From: Octopus sinensis
Taxonomy: Eukaryota
NCBI RefSeq assembly: GCF_006345805.1
Contig: NC_043013.1
Coordinates: forward strand, 51,708,001 to 51,772,000
Direction: 5' to 3'
DNA: 64,000 nt
Numbering within the stretch: the stretch's first letter is position 1; each line of letters opens with the position of its first letter. This document shows positions 27,502-41,410 of this stretch, piece by piece. The notes under the pieces were generated by a model, which was not told the origin of the DNA, did not search any database, and was given only the letters and a program-made list of their open reading frames with translations. The position numbers and the translations under genes were made by a program.

Positions 27502-28038
27502 TTAACAACAAATTGATCATCCTTGCTTATTAGATTAAGTATTAACTGAAACAGCTGTAAGAAGTGAATATGACCAATCTGCTATTAATAATAAACAGAT
27601 AACCTCCTAATCTCCAGTATCTTTTCTTCTTTTAAATGGCTATAAACTATAGCGTTCCCCTCTTTACCTCGTTATGGCTTAACGGCCCTCACCATTTGTT
27701 TTTACTGTTTTGTTCTCACCGTCCTGTTTTTGTTACCACTTTAACCCTCTGCAAGTCCCAAATTTTATTTAATTTGCTTTGCGGGAACGACTGTTTTGAT
27801 GAAGACGCATCCTGTCCTAATATTGAAAATGTGGACTAGATAAAACAGGGGACAACTGATGAAGGGATTGTTCTTTATGTTCCCTGCCTCGTTTCTCTAT
27901 TTGTTTCTTTCGTTGTTCGAAAAAAAATAAGTTCGTTTTCCATGTTTTTGTTTTTCATGTTCTCATTTTTTGATGTCCTGTACCCATATATGCATGTGTA
28001 TGTACATATATATGTAGGTATGTACATGTATGTATACA

Positions 28039-28087
<49 letters not shown>

Positions 28088-28268
28088 CAAAATTGGTCCC
28101 CTACCCTAATATATTACATGTAGATGATGATGACTTACCAATTCCACTCAAATCTGTCATGTCAAACCAGTTAGACATTCCATCACATTTCCCATATCCT
28201 CTTCCTCATCATCTTCCTCCACCTTCCTCATTAGAGATTTAATTCTTTCTTTCTTCACTTGTTTTCAT

Positions 28269-28300
<32 letters not shown>

Positions 28301-28801
28301 CAACAATACCTCTTACTACTACTTCTCCTTCCCTTCCTTTGTCTTCCTTCTGTCTGGTGTCTTCAGGCTCTCTCAGACTTCTTTGTCTTTGCCTTCATCA
28401 CATTTTGGTAACGCTACCCCCCCTCCTCTGCTTCTCCGCCACTTCCACCTCTGCTACTTTACCCAGATTGTTACCCTCTATCTAACAACAACAACAACAA
28501 CAACAACCACCCACCTACCCATACCACATCCGCCACATCACATCTGCATATTTAAATCTTCAGAAGAGAGGTTATCTCTCTCTCTCTCTCTCCCTCTCCT
28601 CTTCTGTCTCTCTCTCTCTCCCCACTTCTCTCATACACACACACAAACACACATATATATGCACGTATAACATATAAGAGAAGACATACACATGTATAAA
28701 CTTATATACATGTACATACATGTAAATGTGTGTGTCTATTTCTATATATATGTGTGTGTGTATGTATATATGTATGTATATGGTATATATGTATTTATAC
28801 A

Positions 28802-28847
<46 letters not shown>

Positions 28848-29613
28848 CATATATGTATATATATGTTATATATATATATAGAGAGAGAGAGGGAGAGGGG
28901 GGAGGTGTGTGTACAATAAGTCTATATACATGTAAAAATATGTTTAATATCACATCTTTCTCTCTCTCTTTCCCTCTCTTTCTTTCTCTTTCTCTCTTTC
29001 TTTCTCTCTCTCTCTCTCTCACTCTGTAGAAGAAATATGAGTACATCTGTATGGTTAGAGGTAGGTGTGTGTGTGTTGAGAGGTGGGGAGAGGTAGTATT
29101 TTAAAAACGGTGAGGGGGATGGTGGTGGCGGTGGGGAGAGGGGGTACATGTAATACATAGCTTACAAACCAACCCCCCACCCGCCACCCCTTCCATGCCT
29201 TTTATCTTAGTTTCGGTTCACTTCACTGCCTCTGCACACCAGCAGCCCTTCCAGTCCAATGTCCCCAGGGGTGAGCTGTGGTAGTGGGGTGCAGTCATGG
29301 CTCACTGTATGTGTGTTTGTGTGTATATATAAAAGTGTGTGTGCGTATATGTATGTGTAGGGGAAGGTTAATATTTGGAGGATTTTTAACGTGTATACAA
29401 ACATACATCAACATAGTGTGTGTATGCATATATGTATATGTATGCATATGTATGTATATATATATATATATATATAAAGAATGCATGTATGTGTGTGTAT
29501 GTATATATATAATGTATTTATATATATGTACAAATATGCCTCTGTCTTTCTGTCTGTCTCTCTCTCTCTGTATATATATATATATATATTATATACCCAC
29601 ACACACGCACACA

Positions 29614-29661
<48 letters not shown>

Positions 29662-30730
29662 TCTATATATGTATATATTATACTCACACACACACACACA
29701 CATATACACACATACCTATATACGTTAGTATCTCACTGTAAATGGATTCATTTTTATTTCTTTAAATTTCAGTTGTTGTTGTTGTTCTTCTTCTTCTTGA
29801 TGTTGTTTGATGTTTCAGTTTTAAATTCCGTGTTTATAACTTTGAATTTCAATTTCGTTTATGTTGTTCTTGTTATCAACGTTGCTGTGGCCATTGATGT
29901 TGTTGTTGTTGATATCTTCATCTTTGAAATCGCAGACATCTTCAAAACCGTTTTTATTCTTCTGTGGTGGCAGAATTGATGTTGTTTATCTGTGGTTTTG
30001 GTGGTGGTGATGGTGTTGGTTGTAGTGGAGATGGTGGTGGTGATGATAGTGAGGTTTATGGTATGGGTGGTAGTGGTGTAGCAGTATAGGTGGTAGTTTG
30101 ATGTTGTATATATAGTAATGATAGCATTAAGGTTAGTGATGATAGTATAGGTGTCATGAGAGTGGTAGTACATGTAGTGCCATGGGTGATGGTTGTATTT
30201 ATAGGTGATAGCTTGATGGCAGAGTGGTGTTTATAGCATAGGTAGTAGTAGTAAAACTGGTGTAGTGGTGTATATAGTATATATCATAGCTCTATCGGTG
30301 GTGATGACACATATGATGCAGTATATGTGGTAGTGTAGATGTACTGTAACATCTGCAGCGTATGTGGTTGTCATCATCATCACCATCATTGTTTTGACTT
30401 CCACTTTTCTATGCTTGCATGTGTTGGATGGAATTTGTGAAGGAAGATTTTACTCTGGTTGGGTGCCTTTCCTGTCACCAACACTAACCTGTTGTCAGGT
30501 AAAGATACATCTTTCCATGACCAGACATGTTTTTCACAGAAGACTGGAGACCGACGACACCATTTGTATGACGGTGTTACTCATTTACTACTATGATGCT
30601 ATGCCAAGGCAGGGAGACAGGAATGCACACACACAAACACACACACGCATTCACACACACACACACACACTCACATACATACACACACATGCATACATAT
30701 AAACATGCAAATACACAAACCCATGCGCAT

Positions 30731-30775
<45 letters not shown>

Positions 30776-31176
30776 ACACACACACACACAGAGGCATACA
30801 TACAGACATGTGATGAATGTGATGGGCCTCTTTTAGCTTCCATTTCCTAAATCTACTCACAAGGCTTTGCTCAGCCTGGGGTTACATTAAAAGACTCTTA
30901 TGCAGGCTGCCATGATGTGGGATTGAACCCAGAACATATAGTTGAGAAGCAAACCTGTTACCACACTGCCACACCTGTGTCTATGCCACACTCCCACCTG
31001 TTGTAGCACAGATAAATATCGGTATCTCTATAGTATAGGTCATAGTTCCATTAGCGGTGATAGTACATATGGTCCGTGTAGGCGGTAGTTCTATTGGTGT
31101 TACAGTATATGTTGTAGTGTAGATGTAGAGCGGTGTCTGCAGTATAGGTGCTGGTCCCATTAGTAGTGACAGGACA

Positions 31177-31363
31177 TAAGAGGGGTTGCTGAAAAGTTCC
31201 TGGCTTTAAGAGTATCACAAAAGGTCTGGTTGGAGGCCCAACCTTAGTTCTTTTACAGGGCTTAGAAAAATTGAAGGACTGCTTTAATGAATATGTTGAA
31301 TAAAATCATAATTAACTGATTCTTTTTTACCCAAAGCCAGCAGCTTTTCAGCATCCTTTCATA
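31177..31363. mobile_element. Mariner-type MITE
   Basis: ~28-bp imperfect TIRs gaggggttgctgaaaagttcctggcttt / aaagccagcagcttttcagcatcctttc, with TA nearby at both ends. Confidence 0.7.
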
Positions 31364-31454
31364 TGTATGTATCTATGTATCAGGTCATCCCATAAGTTCT
31401 GTCTGAATTTTGAATAAAGAAAACAAGTGATCAAATGTTATATTTAATTGAAAT

Positions 31455-32451
31455 TTAATCATCAATGTACTTTCCCTGATTATCTATGACTTCCTTCCAT
31501 CTATTTACAAACTTTTAATCCCATCAATGTAAAACTCTTCTGGTTTCAAAGCAAAGAACTCTGAAATGTCAGTTTCGACCTCCTCCTGGCTTGGGCAAGT
31601 TATGTCCCTCAAATGATTCTGTAAACTACGAAACAAATGGTAGTCTGAAGGAGCAAGGTCGGGAGAATATGGGGGATGAGGAATTTTTTCCCAAACAAGC
31701 TTTTCAATGTTCTGTGATGTGATCTTTGCATTGTCCTGATGAAACATTGCTCCTTTTTGATTCACTAATGCGGGTCTTTTTTTCTTCAAAGCTTGGTTCA
31801 AACGCTCTAATTGCTGACAGTAGACTTGAGCACTGATTGTTGCATTAGGTGGTAACAATTCAAAGTGAATTACTCCTTTGTAATCCCACCAGATAGAGAG
31901 AACCTTTTTACCATGAAGTTCCCTTCTTGATTGTGATCGAACTTTTTCCCTTTTACAAATCCACTGTTTACGTTTGACATTTCGATAGAAGTTCCATTTT
32001 TTCACAAGTCGATCCAAAATGGGTGAAGTGAGTTTGCAAGAATGGAGAGAAGAGCAGATGTCAACTCGGGATTTGTGGTTGCTTTCGGACAATTCATGAG
32101 GCACCCATTTTCCAAGTTGAGGAACCTTTCCAAGTTGTTGAAGATGACGATGAACAGTTGTATGGTTTGAACTAAGCTTTATTGCCAAGTCTTCAACTGA
32201 TAATGCAGGATTTTCTTCAAGTAATGCTTCAAGGAGCTTATCATCAAACTCATCTGGACGTCCTGTTCAATCTTCATCTTCAAGGCTGACATCTCCACTT
32301 CTGAATTTTGCAAACCATCTTCTGCAAGTTCTTTCATTCAAGCATTCTTTCCCATAAACTGAGTGTATGTTTTGAGATGCTTTGGCTGCAGAGTTTCCTT
32401 TTTTTGTACTCAAAGCATTATGTGCCTCCAATACGCTTTGGATACTTCCAT
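31455..32451 (-). pseudogene. Mariner (Tc1/mariner DD34D) transposase pseudogene
   Basis: ATG at 32451 (MEVSKAYWRHIML...), HTH region RTCRRWFAKFRSGD, WVPHELS, HQDNA, HPPYSPDLAPSDYHLF, C-terminus RWKEVIDNQGKYIDD* at 31455. Has frameshifts/stops and has lost the first catalytic Asp block (TGDE). One probable TIR near 31381; the other was not found. Confidence 0.93.
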
Positions 32452-33589
32452 GTTTGAAAGGGTTTTAATCAAAGAAATTTTAATTTTATTATTCTGCAAA
32501 ATGATAATTAATTACTTTAAATGTACAGAAATGCATAAAAATAATTTTTAATTCCATTAGACATTCTAAAATACAATTAAATTTCATTCAATTTTAAAAA
32601 AGGTTGCAAACAAGCATCATTGTCACATAAGCGATGCTGTATGTTTCCAGTCTTTTGTGGAAAATTAATCTGTCTGGGCTTGGGGAAATATTACCTGGCT
32701 TGGAAACAAGTGAGGTGTTGGTGACAGGAAGGGCATCCTGATGTAAAAACTCTGTCTCAACAAGTTCTGTCTGACCTGTGCAAGCACAGAAAAGAGGACA
32801 TTAAAACAATAATTCGATGGAATCCAATGGGTTGGAGGACTGAACTGTGCTGCAATATCTGCTTTGGCATTGGTTCTTTGGTTGGATGTCCTTCCTGATA
32901 CCAACCACTTTACAGAATGCACAGGGTGCATTTTTTTATGGCACCTGGACTAGTGAGGTTGCCATGTAGCACACAATACTAAGATTCTCCTCTGTTAAGT
33001 AGACTATAGTAGCGGAAAGAGGACCCTCTTCGGTCATGAATGACCATGGGATTGTGCCTAGAAAGTTGCCCTCTGAGGCACAAGTCCAGGCAAGGTTAAT
33101 TATGGAAGACCAGTAGTCACCCGTACATACCAGACTCTCCTCTCCATGCCACTAATGCTATCTTAGGGAAAGGCAAAAGCTAATACAGCTTGGCACCAGT
33201 GACATCATAATTCATTTCTACAGATGAGTGACCTGGAGCAATGTGAAATAAAGTGCCTTGCTCAAGAACACAACTGGTCCAAGAATCGAACTCACCAACT
33301 CATGATTGCAAGCCCAATGCTCTAACAACTGAACCATGTGCCCTCACAGTAGAGTACAGGGTTTGAATGTTTGGTATAGAGAGCTTAAATTATGCAAGAA
33401 GTGGCAGGAATGGATTTCTTGCTATACGGGCTGGGCACAGTTTCTGTCTACTGATTCCGTTTGCAAGACACCTCCTCATGGTGCTGCACTGCGAGATCAA
33501 ACATGGAATCGTGATTGTGAAACTAACTTGGTAACCATATGGCTATGCCTACATCACCATCCATCTGTTTTGTCCACTGTTATGGATTT

Positions 33590-33659
<70 letters not shown>

Positions 33660-34665
33660 TTATCTTCGTGTGCATATCTGTTTGTGTGTCATAGTATATC
33701 TTGAAACTATGAACATGCATTTACTTGCATTTCTGATTACAGGTATGTAGCTATCTATAGATATACATGCAATCAACATACCTCCGTACACCTACCTTCC
33801 TAGTCATGTTTGTGTGTATTCGTACGTAAAAACATGTATCCCCATATACATCCATACATTCATATAAATGCGTGTATATAGATATATATATATACATATA
33901 TATGTATAGTATATATGTGTGTACATATATATATATACATATATACATACATATATATATATATACACACACTCACATAGACACACACACACACACCCAC
34001 GTGTATATATATGTATGTGTGTATACAAACACACACACGTATATATACACACAGATACACATGTATATATATATATGCATGTGTGCGTTTATATATGAAT
34101 ATATAAGTGCACACATGCATATTAACTGCGCACCAAAGAGAACACAAAGTGCACATCAATGGTGCAGTTGCTATTGTTGCCAACAACAAACTGCACTCAC
34201 CTTTCTCCTCTTCCTTCTCCTCTTTCCCCCGCCTCCTCCTCCCTCTCCATTCCTTCCCAAGTGCATCATTTCATCTCTGTTCACTGGAACAACGCTGCAC
34301 ACATTGCATTAGCAATGTGTGCAGTTAATGCACAGAGCAGCTCTCCAGTTGGTCTTTGATGTGGTATTATCTTGATCATGGTGGTGGTGGTGTTGGTGGT
34401 GGTGCCGGTATTGGCGGCAGTGGTGGTGGTGGTTGTTTTCCGTTTATATCTTGCTATTTTGTTTGTTTCTTTTCTTGTTGTTGTTGTTGAATGTCACGTA
34501 CTGCCGGTAGAGTAAAGCCAGTATATGCTGGTTGTTTATATAACATCAGCCACTGTAACCATTTATGTAAGGTAAGGTCTATGTGGGGGTGGGTGCATGT
34601 GGCGAAGAGAGAGGGGAAGGTGGAGGTCAGTGCCAAGGTACTCACATTGTGCATGATATATACAT

Positions 34666-34706
<41 letters not shown>

Positions 34707-36149
34707 CACACATTCACAATATATATGTATTACATATATATACACACACACATACACACATATATATGCACACATATTCACATATTAATTACAAACATGC
34801 ATACACATATATGCACACATATATCCACAATATATATATATATATATTACATAAATACATATATATATATATTCATCCATCTCTCTCTTTCTCTCTCTCT
34901 ATATATATATACATATACACACACATATGTATATATATATATATATAAATGTGTGTGTGTGTGTGTGTATAACACTTAAATACATGGACACATATGCATG
35001 CATGCATACATAGATACTTATAATTTTAGTGTGTGTGTGTGTGTATATCTATACATGGTAAATGGAAGATGGAATACACATACACACACTATATATATAT
35101 ATATAGACACAGCATATTTTTTATCATTTCACGCTGGTATTACTGCACACTGGTATATCTGTGAGTGATTCTAGCAACAACACAGCATTTCCATTTTTCT
35201 GTGGTAAAAAACATTGCTAACCTCTCATTCAACTCCCCTGCTCTCTACATTTCTGGAGATAAGGGCTCACAGTGTGTGGTCTCCCTTGACCCCTTCTTAC
35301 AGAGCATTGTAGCTGGATCAGAGAGACACAGAAGAATAAATCCGAGTATTTGGTTTGTTCTTTATTGATCCTAGAACAGATGAAAGGAAAACTTGACATG
35401 AATGGGATCTGAACTCTGAATATAGAAGTCCTAAACAAATAATTGTTTCTAATTTTAGCTCAAGACTTGGAATTTTGAGGGGAGGGGGAAAGCAATAGCA
35501 TCAACCCCTGTGCTGAAACTGCTAGTTATTTTACTGCCTTTGGAAACTGGAAGCAAACGCAAGGTCAACCTCGGTGGAATTTGAACTCAGAACGTACAGA
35601 AATGGAAGAGATACGACTAAGCATTTTATCCAAATTATTACCAATTTTGCCAGGTAGCCACTTTCAGAACCAGAATAAATAAGGGGTTCAGATCTGGCTC
35701 AGTGCCAGCTGTTTTTTAAGGGAGAGGGGAAGATGATTTCATTGACCCCAGTACTTGATTGGTACTTGTTTTATCAATGGTACAAGAATCTGTGCTTCAC
35801 ATGAATAAGGGCTGAGCTATGGTTGGGGTAATTTGATGCAATTTCTTTGTTAATAGATTGTCTGCGAACCCTTTAACCGTTGAAAATGAATGGAATGAAA
35901 ACTCTCTTGCTTGATGGAAAGGTAAGGGTTAGTGACAGCAAGAGCATCAAGCTGCAAAACACAGTACCTTAATAGCTTATATCTTTCTAACCCATGCTGG
36001 CATGGAAAAACAGACATAAAACAAACAAACACTATAAACTTCATATCTAGAGTTGGATATTTACAAAAGTCATTTTGTTTTCTTGCGAAATGGCGTAGAT
36101 GAATCACATTGCTGAATGGTGCCGAAAATTTGGCACCATTCAGCTGTTC

Positions 36150-36760
36150 TCACAACCAAAAATCTGCTCCACATGTTTTTCTATGTCCCACAGAGGCCAC
36201 TCTTTTTACCCTGTCAGAGGCCTTCTCTACATTGATGAATGCTAAATATAGAGACTTACTCCATGCTAAGTAACTTTTCCTGAAGTTGTCTCACTTGGGA
36301 GGGAACGTAAGTAGTACCCCATCTTGGCACAAAGCTGTATCATAACAAGGTTAATTGTCTTTGTTATCTGATGTGCCATAACCTTTTATGTAAGTCATAG
36401 CCTGTTCCATTAATTTGAGGCTTCTCTCTTTCTCCCTCTCTCTCTTTCTCTTTCTCCCTCTCTCTCTCTCTCAGGTGCATATCTCATTTGCCCATGTAGC
36501 ATTTGACAATAATATTGATACGATTCATTTGTTATGACATGAGAAATCCTGCAAGCGAATAACATGTAACCTGCTTCACCAGTTATTGTCAGCATCTCAA
36601 GTGACTGTCTCTGATGCTCAGGCTCCTCGTCTCTGCCATCATAGCTACGAGATCTCTTTTTGACAACACTTCTGATCTTCAATGGCTGGTCTTTCTGTTG
36701 GGTCCGCTTAAGGTAGGCTTCTCTCCCCCATGCATTCTTATTCAACAACCAAAACATTTA
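36150..36760 (-). pseudogene. RTE-type LINE reverse transcriptase fragment
   Basis: Minus-strand reads EMLTITGEAGYML, SLKLMEQAM, YSFVPRWGTT..VRQLQEK and SLYLAFINVEKASDRV, corresponding to the LINE RT motifs QFGFVPGR.TTDAIF.VRQLQEK and LYLAFVDLEKAFDRV. Interrupted by a CT tract. Confidence 0.75.
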
Positions 36761-39700
36761 GATCGGAAAGAAATCAGATGCAGTGTCTAAGAAAGAAGAC
36801 TGTGCTGGTTTAGGGCTGTGAATAGCAACTGCATAAAGAAAAGCTAAGTGTTCCAAGTGAATGGAACCTATGGAAGGCTGAAGATCAAGGATACCATAGA
36901 AAAAGGGATTAAGATTAATATAAAGAGGCTAAAAGGAAATCATGCATACATACATAAATGTATATATACATACATTCATAAATGTATACACACACATACA
37001 CATATGCATATATATATGCATATCTATATGTACATGTGTATAGGCATGGCTGTGTGGTTAAGAAGGTTGTTTTGCACTCACATGGTTTTAGGTTCAGTCC
37101 CACTGTATGCCACTTTGGCCAACTGTCTACTACAGCACCAGGCTGACCAATGCCTTGTGATGACATGTGATAGATAGAAACTGTGTTGAAGCCCTTCATG
37201 TGTATATACATATGTGTGTGTGTTTGTCCCCTATTATTGCTTGACAACCAGTGTTGGTTGTCTACATCCCAATAACTTAGCAGTTTGGCAAAGGATAACA
37301 ATAGAATAAATTCCATGGTTAATTGGTTTGACCAAAACCCTTCAAGCTGATGCCCCAGCCTGACCACAGTCCAATGACAGAAGCAAATAAAACTTAAAAG
37401 ATATATATATATATATGCGTATACATCCATTAGAATATGTAAATTTTTCTGTGAAATTCACCAAAATCTTTGAAAATTGATTTTCTCTGTATCCATGGTA
37501 ACATTCTATTGTTCAGATATCTTTTATCTCTAATTAAAAAAAAAAGTGTTTTCCAGTGCATAAGCTGCAATATGCATATTTCTGTGCATATTGATACTGC
37601 AGTTAGTGGTAGCTGCACTTTGGTGTCAGTCATAACAGTAGTGGTGGTAGTAGTAGTAGTAGTAGTGATGGTTGTGGTGGTGGTGGTCGTGGTAATAGTA
37701 GTGTTAGTAGTGGGAGTTGTAGTAGCAATGATGGCGGTGGTGGTGGTGGTAGTAGTGGTCTTTGAGTTAGGTTAGTCACGGTGGTGTTAGTCGATGATGA
37801 TGACGATAATGGCAAGTCTGGTGATGATGATGTTGATGGAGATGATGATATTGATCATAATGATGCTGATAGTGATGGTGATGATAATGATTATGATGAG
37901 GATAACTGTGACAATAATGTCGATGTTGTTGTGTAGCCCTAGGCAGCTCTAGCCCAGCAGAACATTGATCAAATACACTCCAGATGGATATGACCATCAC
38001 ACCTATGAATACATCAGAGTTGTATATATCCTATATATCCCACAGAATATGATTTTGAAGGTGACGTGGCTGCTATTTCTAGCAATCTGGGCAACCATCT
38101 AAATGTTCCCTTCCTAGCTTTCTATTATTGTTGCTGTTGTTTGCAATGTTGTTTAACTCCAGTTCAGCTTTCACTGAACACGCCTATAATCTAGCCATGA
38201 CCATCCTGACTGCTTTCTGGCATAATATATCCAGTGTGTCTTATTACTAAGACATTATGGTGTGGTGTGAGAGAGAGAGATTTGGCTGTTGTTTCTAGTT
38301 CAGGGAGTTGACAGACCATATAGCTCAGGTGTGGAGTGCACTACAAAGACAATTAAAGGTAATTCATTGTTCAGAAAAATTGATGCCTGTTCGGTAAAAA
38401 GCTTGCTTCCCAACCACATGGTTCTGGGTTCAGTTCCATTGCATGGCACCTTGGGCAAGTGTCTTCTACTATAACCTCAGACCGACCAAAGCCTTGGGAG
38501 TGGATTTGGTAGATGGAAACTAAAAGAAGCCTGCCATATATGTGTGTGTGTGTGTGTGTGTTTGTGTTTAAGTTTGTCTCTCATCACTACCTGACAGCCG
38601 GTGTTGGTGTGTCCCCATAACTTAGTGGTTCAGCAAAGAAGACCAATAGAATGGGTGCCAGGTTTAAAACATTAGTACTGGGGTCAATTTGTTTGACTAA
38701 AATTCTTGTAGGCGGTGCCCCAGCATGGCCACGGTTTAATGACAGAAACAAGTAAAAGCGAAAAGTGCCATGGGTGACGGCAGCAGGGGTGAGGAAGAGA
38801 GATAGAGAAGGGAATTGAGAGGGAGGGAGGGAGACAGAGAAGAGAAGTGAGAGAGAGGGAGGGAGAGGGAGAGAGAGAGAGAAGATGAAATTTGAATGAA
38901 TAAAGGAGCAACTGAATGAAATTGAGATAAAAAATATATTGAAAGAGAATAAATGAATGAATGAGTGAATGAATGAATGAATGAGAGAATAAACGAATGA
39001 ATGAGTGAATGAATGAATGAATGAGAGAATAAACGAATGATTGAATGAGCAAATATTTGAATGAATGAATGACTGAATGAATCTTTTATGTTTTATTCTT
39101 TTACTTGTTTCAATCATTAGACTGTGGCCATGCTGGGGCACCACCTTGAATCAACCCCAATACTATTTTTCTATCGTTCCTTTTTATTGAACCACTAAGT
39201 TACAGGGACATAAATAGAACGACACAGGATGTCAAACAGTGGCGGGGGACTAACATACACTCACACACACAAACAAACGTATATGACGGGCTTCTTTCAG
39301 TTTCCATCTACCAGATTCACTCACAAGGCTTTGGTCAGACCGAAGCTATAGTAGAAGACGCTTGCCCAAGGTGCCATGCAGTGGGACTGAACCCGGAACC
39401 ATGTGGTTGGGAAGCAAGCTTCTTACCCCACAGCCATACTCATGACTAAATGGATTATTCTTTTCTATTCTAGGCACAAGGCCTGAATTTTGGGGGAGGG
39501 GGCCAGTTGATTAGATCGACTCTAGTACACAACTGGTACTTATATGACCCTGAAAGGATGAAAGGCAAAGTTGACCTCGGCAGAATTTGAACTCAGAACA
39601 TAAAGACAAACGAAATACCACTAAGCATTTTGTCCGGCATGCCAATGTTCCTGCCAGCTTGCTGCCTTAAGATATTCTTTTCTACTCTAGGCACAAGGCC

Positions 39701-40929
39701 CGAAATATTTGGGAACGGGGGCCAGTCGATTAGTTTGACTCCAGTACACATCTGGTACTTGATTTATTGACCACGAAAGGATGAAAGGCAAAGTCAACCT
39801 TGGCAGAAATTGAACTCAGAATGTAAAGACAGATGAAATACCTATTTCTTTACTATCCACAAACAAGGACAGACAAACGGATTAAGTCGATTATATCGAC
39901 CGCAGTGCGTAACGGGTACTTAATTTATTGACCCTGAAAGGATGAAACGCAAAGGTGACCTTGACGGAATTTGAACTCAGAACGTAACGGCAGACGAAAT
40001 ATGGCTACGCATTTCACCTGGCGTGCTAACATTTCTGCCAGCTCGCCGCCTTAAATAAATAGATTATTGAGCGAATGAGCCAGTAAATGAATGCAAGAAT
40101 GAATGAATAGGGAAATAATGAACTGGAAAATATGATGAATGAAAAATAAGAGAACAAATTAAGGAAATCATGAAAGAAATTTGAAAGAATGAAAGAGACA
40201 ATGGAAGAAGGAATGAAGTATCTTAATGAGAGAATGAAAGAAACAAGGAATGAAAGTCTTCTGAGAATTAAAAGAGAGAGAAGAAAGAAGAAAATAGAGG
40301 AATGAAATACAGAAATATAAAAATTACTAAGAAAAATTTATAAAGATATAAAAATCCTTTTTTTTTTTTATTAAAATATGGTCCCTTCCCTCCCATCTTT
40401 TCTATTTGGAGTGACACACAGACACAGACAGACAGACAGGTTTTTAAATGAATATGATTAATTGTTTGAAGTATTTGTAAATTATAATGAGGTTTAGAGG
40501 GACTCACACAGACACACACGCACAGACATACACTTACACAGACACACACAGACACTTGCACACATGTACACACACGCATGCACACAGACAGACATACATA
40601 CTTGCATACTCACACAGACATAGACACACACTTGCACAGGCACACACACACATACACACTCGTACAGACATATTTAGAGGTTTAGAGGGACTCACACACA
40701 CACACACACACACACGCACATACATACACTTACACAGACACATTCACACACTAACACAGATTTACAAGCACACATACTCACCAGTTAACATTAGTCAACT
40801 CTCTCACAAAACATATATATGTATATATATTTATATATACACTCACACCTACACACACACACTGTTTATATTAGTCGACTATATACACACTGGCATATAC
40901 ACATGCACATCAGTGCATTAATAAGGTTA

Positions 40930-41410
40930 TTGTTCAGAGAGCTATTAACTCTGTTGGCAACAAGAGGCCTCGCTCTCTCTCTCAGAGTGAAAGGTAGACT
41001 ATATGATGCTTGTGTACGAACGGCTATACTCTATGGTAGCGAGATGTTGGCTCCGAATGCAGAAGACATGCATAGATTGGAGAGAAACGAAAGGTAGTAT
41101 GCTCTGTTGGATGTGCAACGTCTGTGTACATGTACGACAAAGTGCAAATGTATTGAGAGAAAAGTTGGGCATAAGAGGAATCACATGTAGCATGCAAGAG
41201 AGAAGACTACATTGGTTTGGAGATGTGATGTGTAAGAATGAGGACAGCTGCATAAAGAAGTGCTGATCACTGAAAGTGGATGGTACCCTTGGAAGAGGGC
41301 TACCTTGGAAGACATGGGATGAAGTGGTAGGGACCGATCTCAGGATGTTGGGCCTCTCAGAGGAAACGACCATTGACTAAGATGTCTGGCGATATGAAGT
41401 TCTTAAGAAG
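40930..41410 (+). pseudogene. RTE-type LINE ORF C-terminal fragment
   Basis: LSLRVKGRLYDACVRTAILYGSE..RLERNE / MLCWMC..LREKLGIRGI..MQERRLHWFGDVM..GRGLPWKTW; typical RTE C-terminal motifs, frameshifted. Confidence 0.85.

Noticed and set aside
30485-30510. tgtcaggtaaagat resembles part of miR-8/miR-200
   Set aside because: Seed region is absent, there is no precursor hairpin, and it lies within an interspersed repeat.
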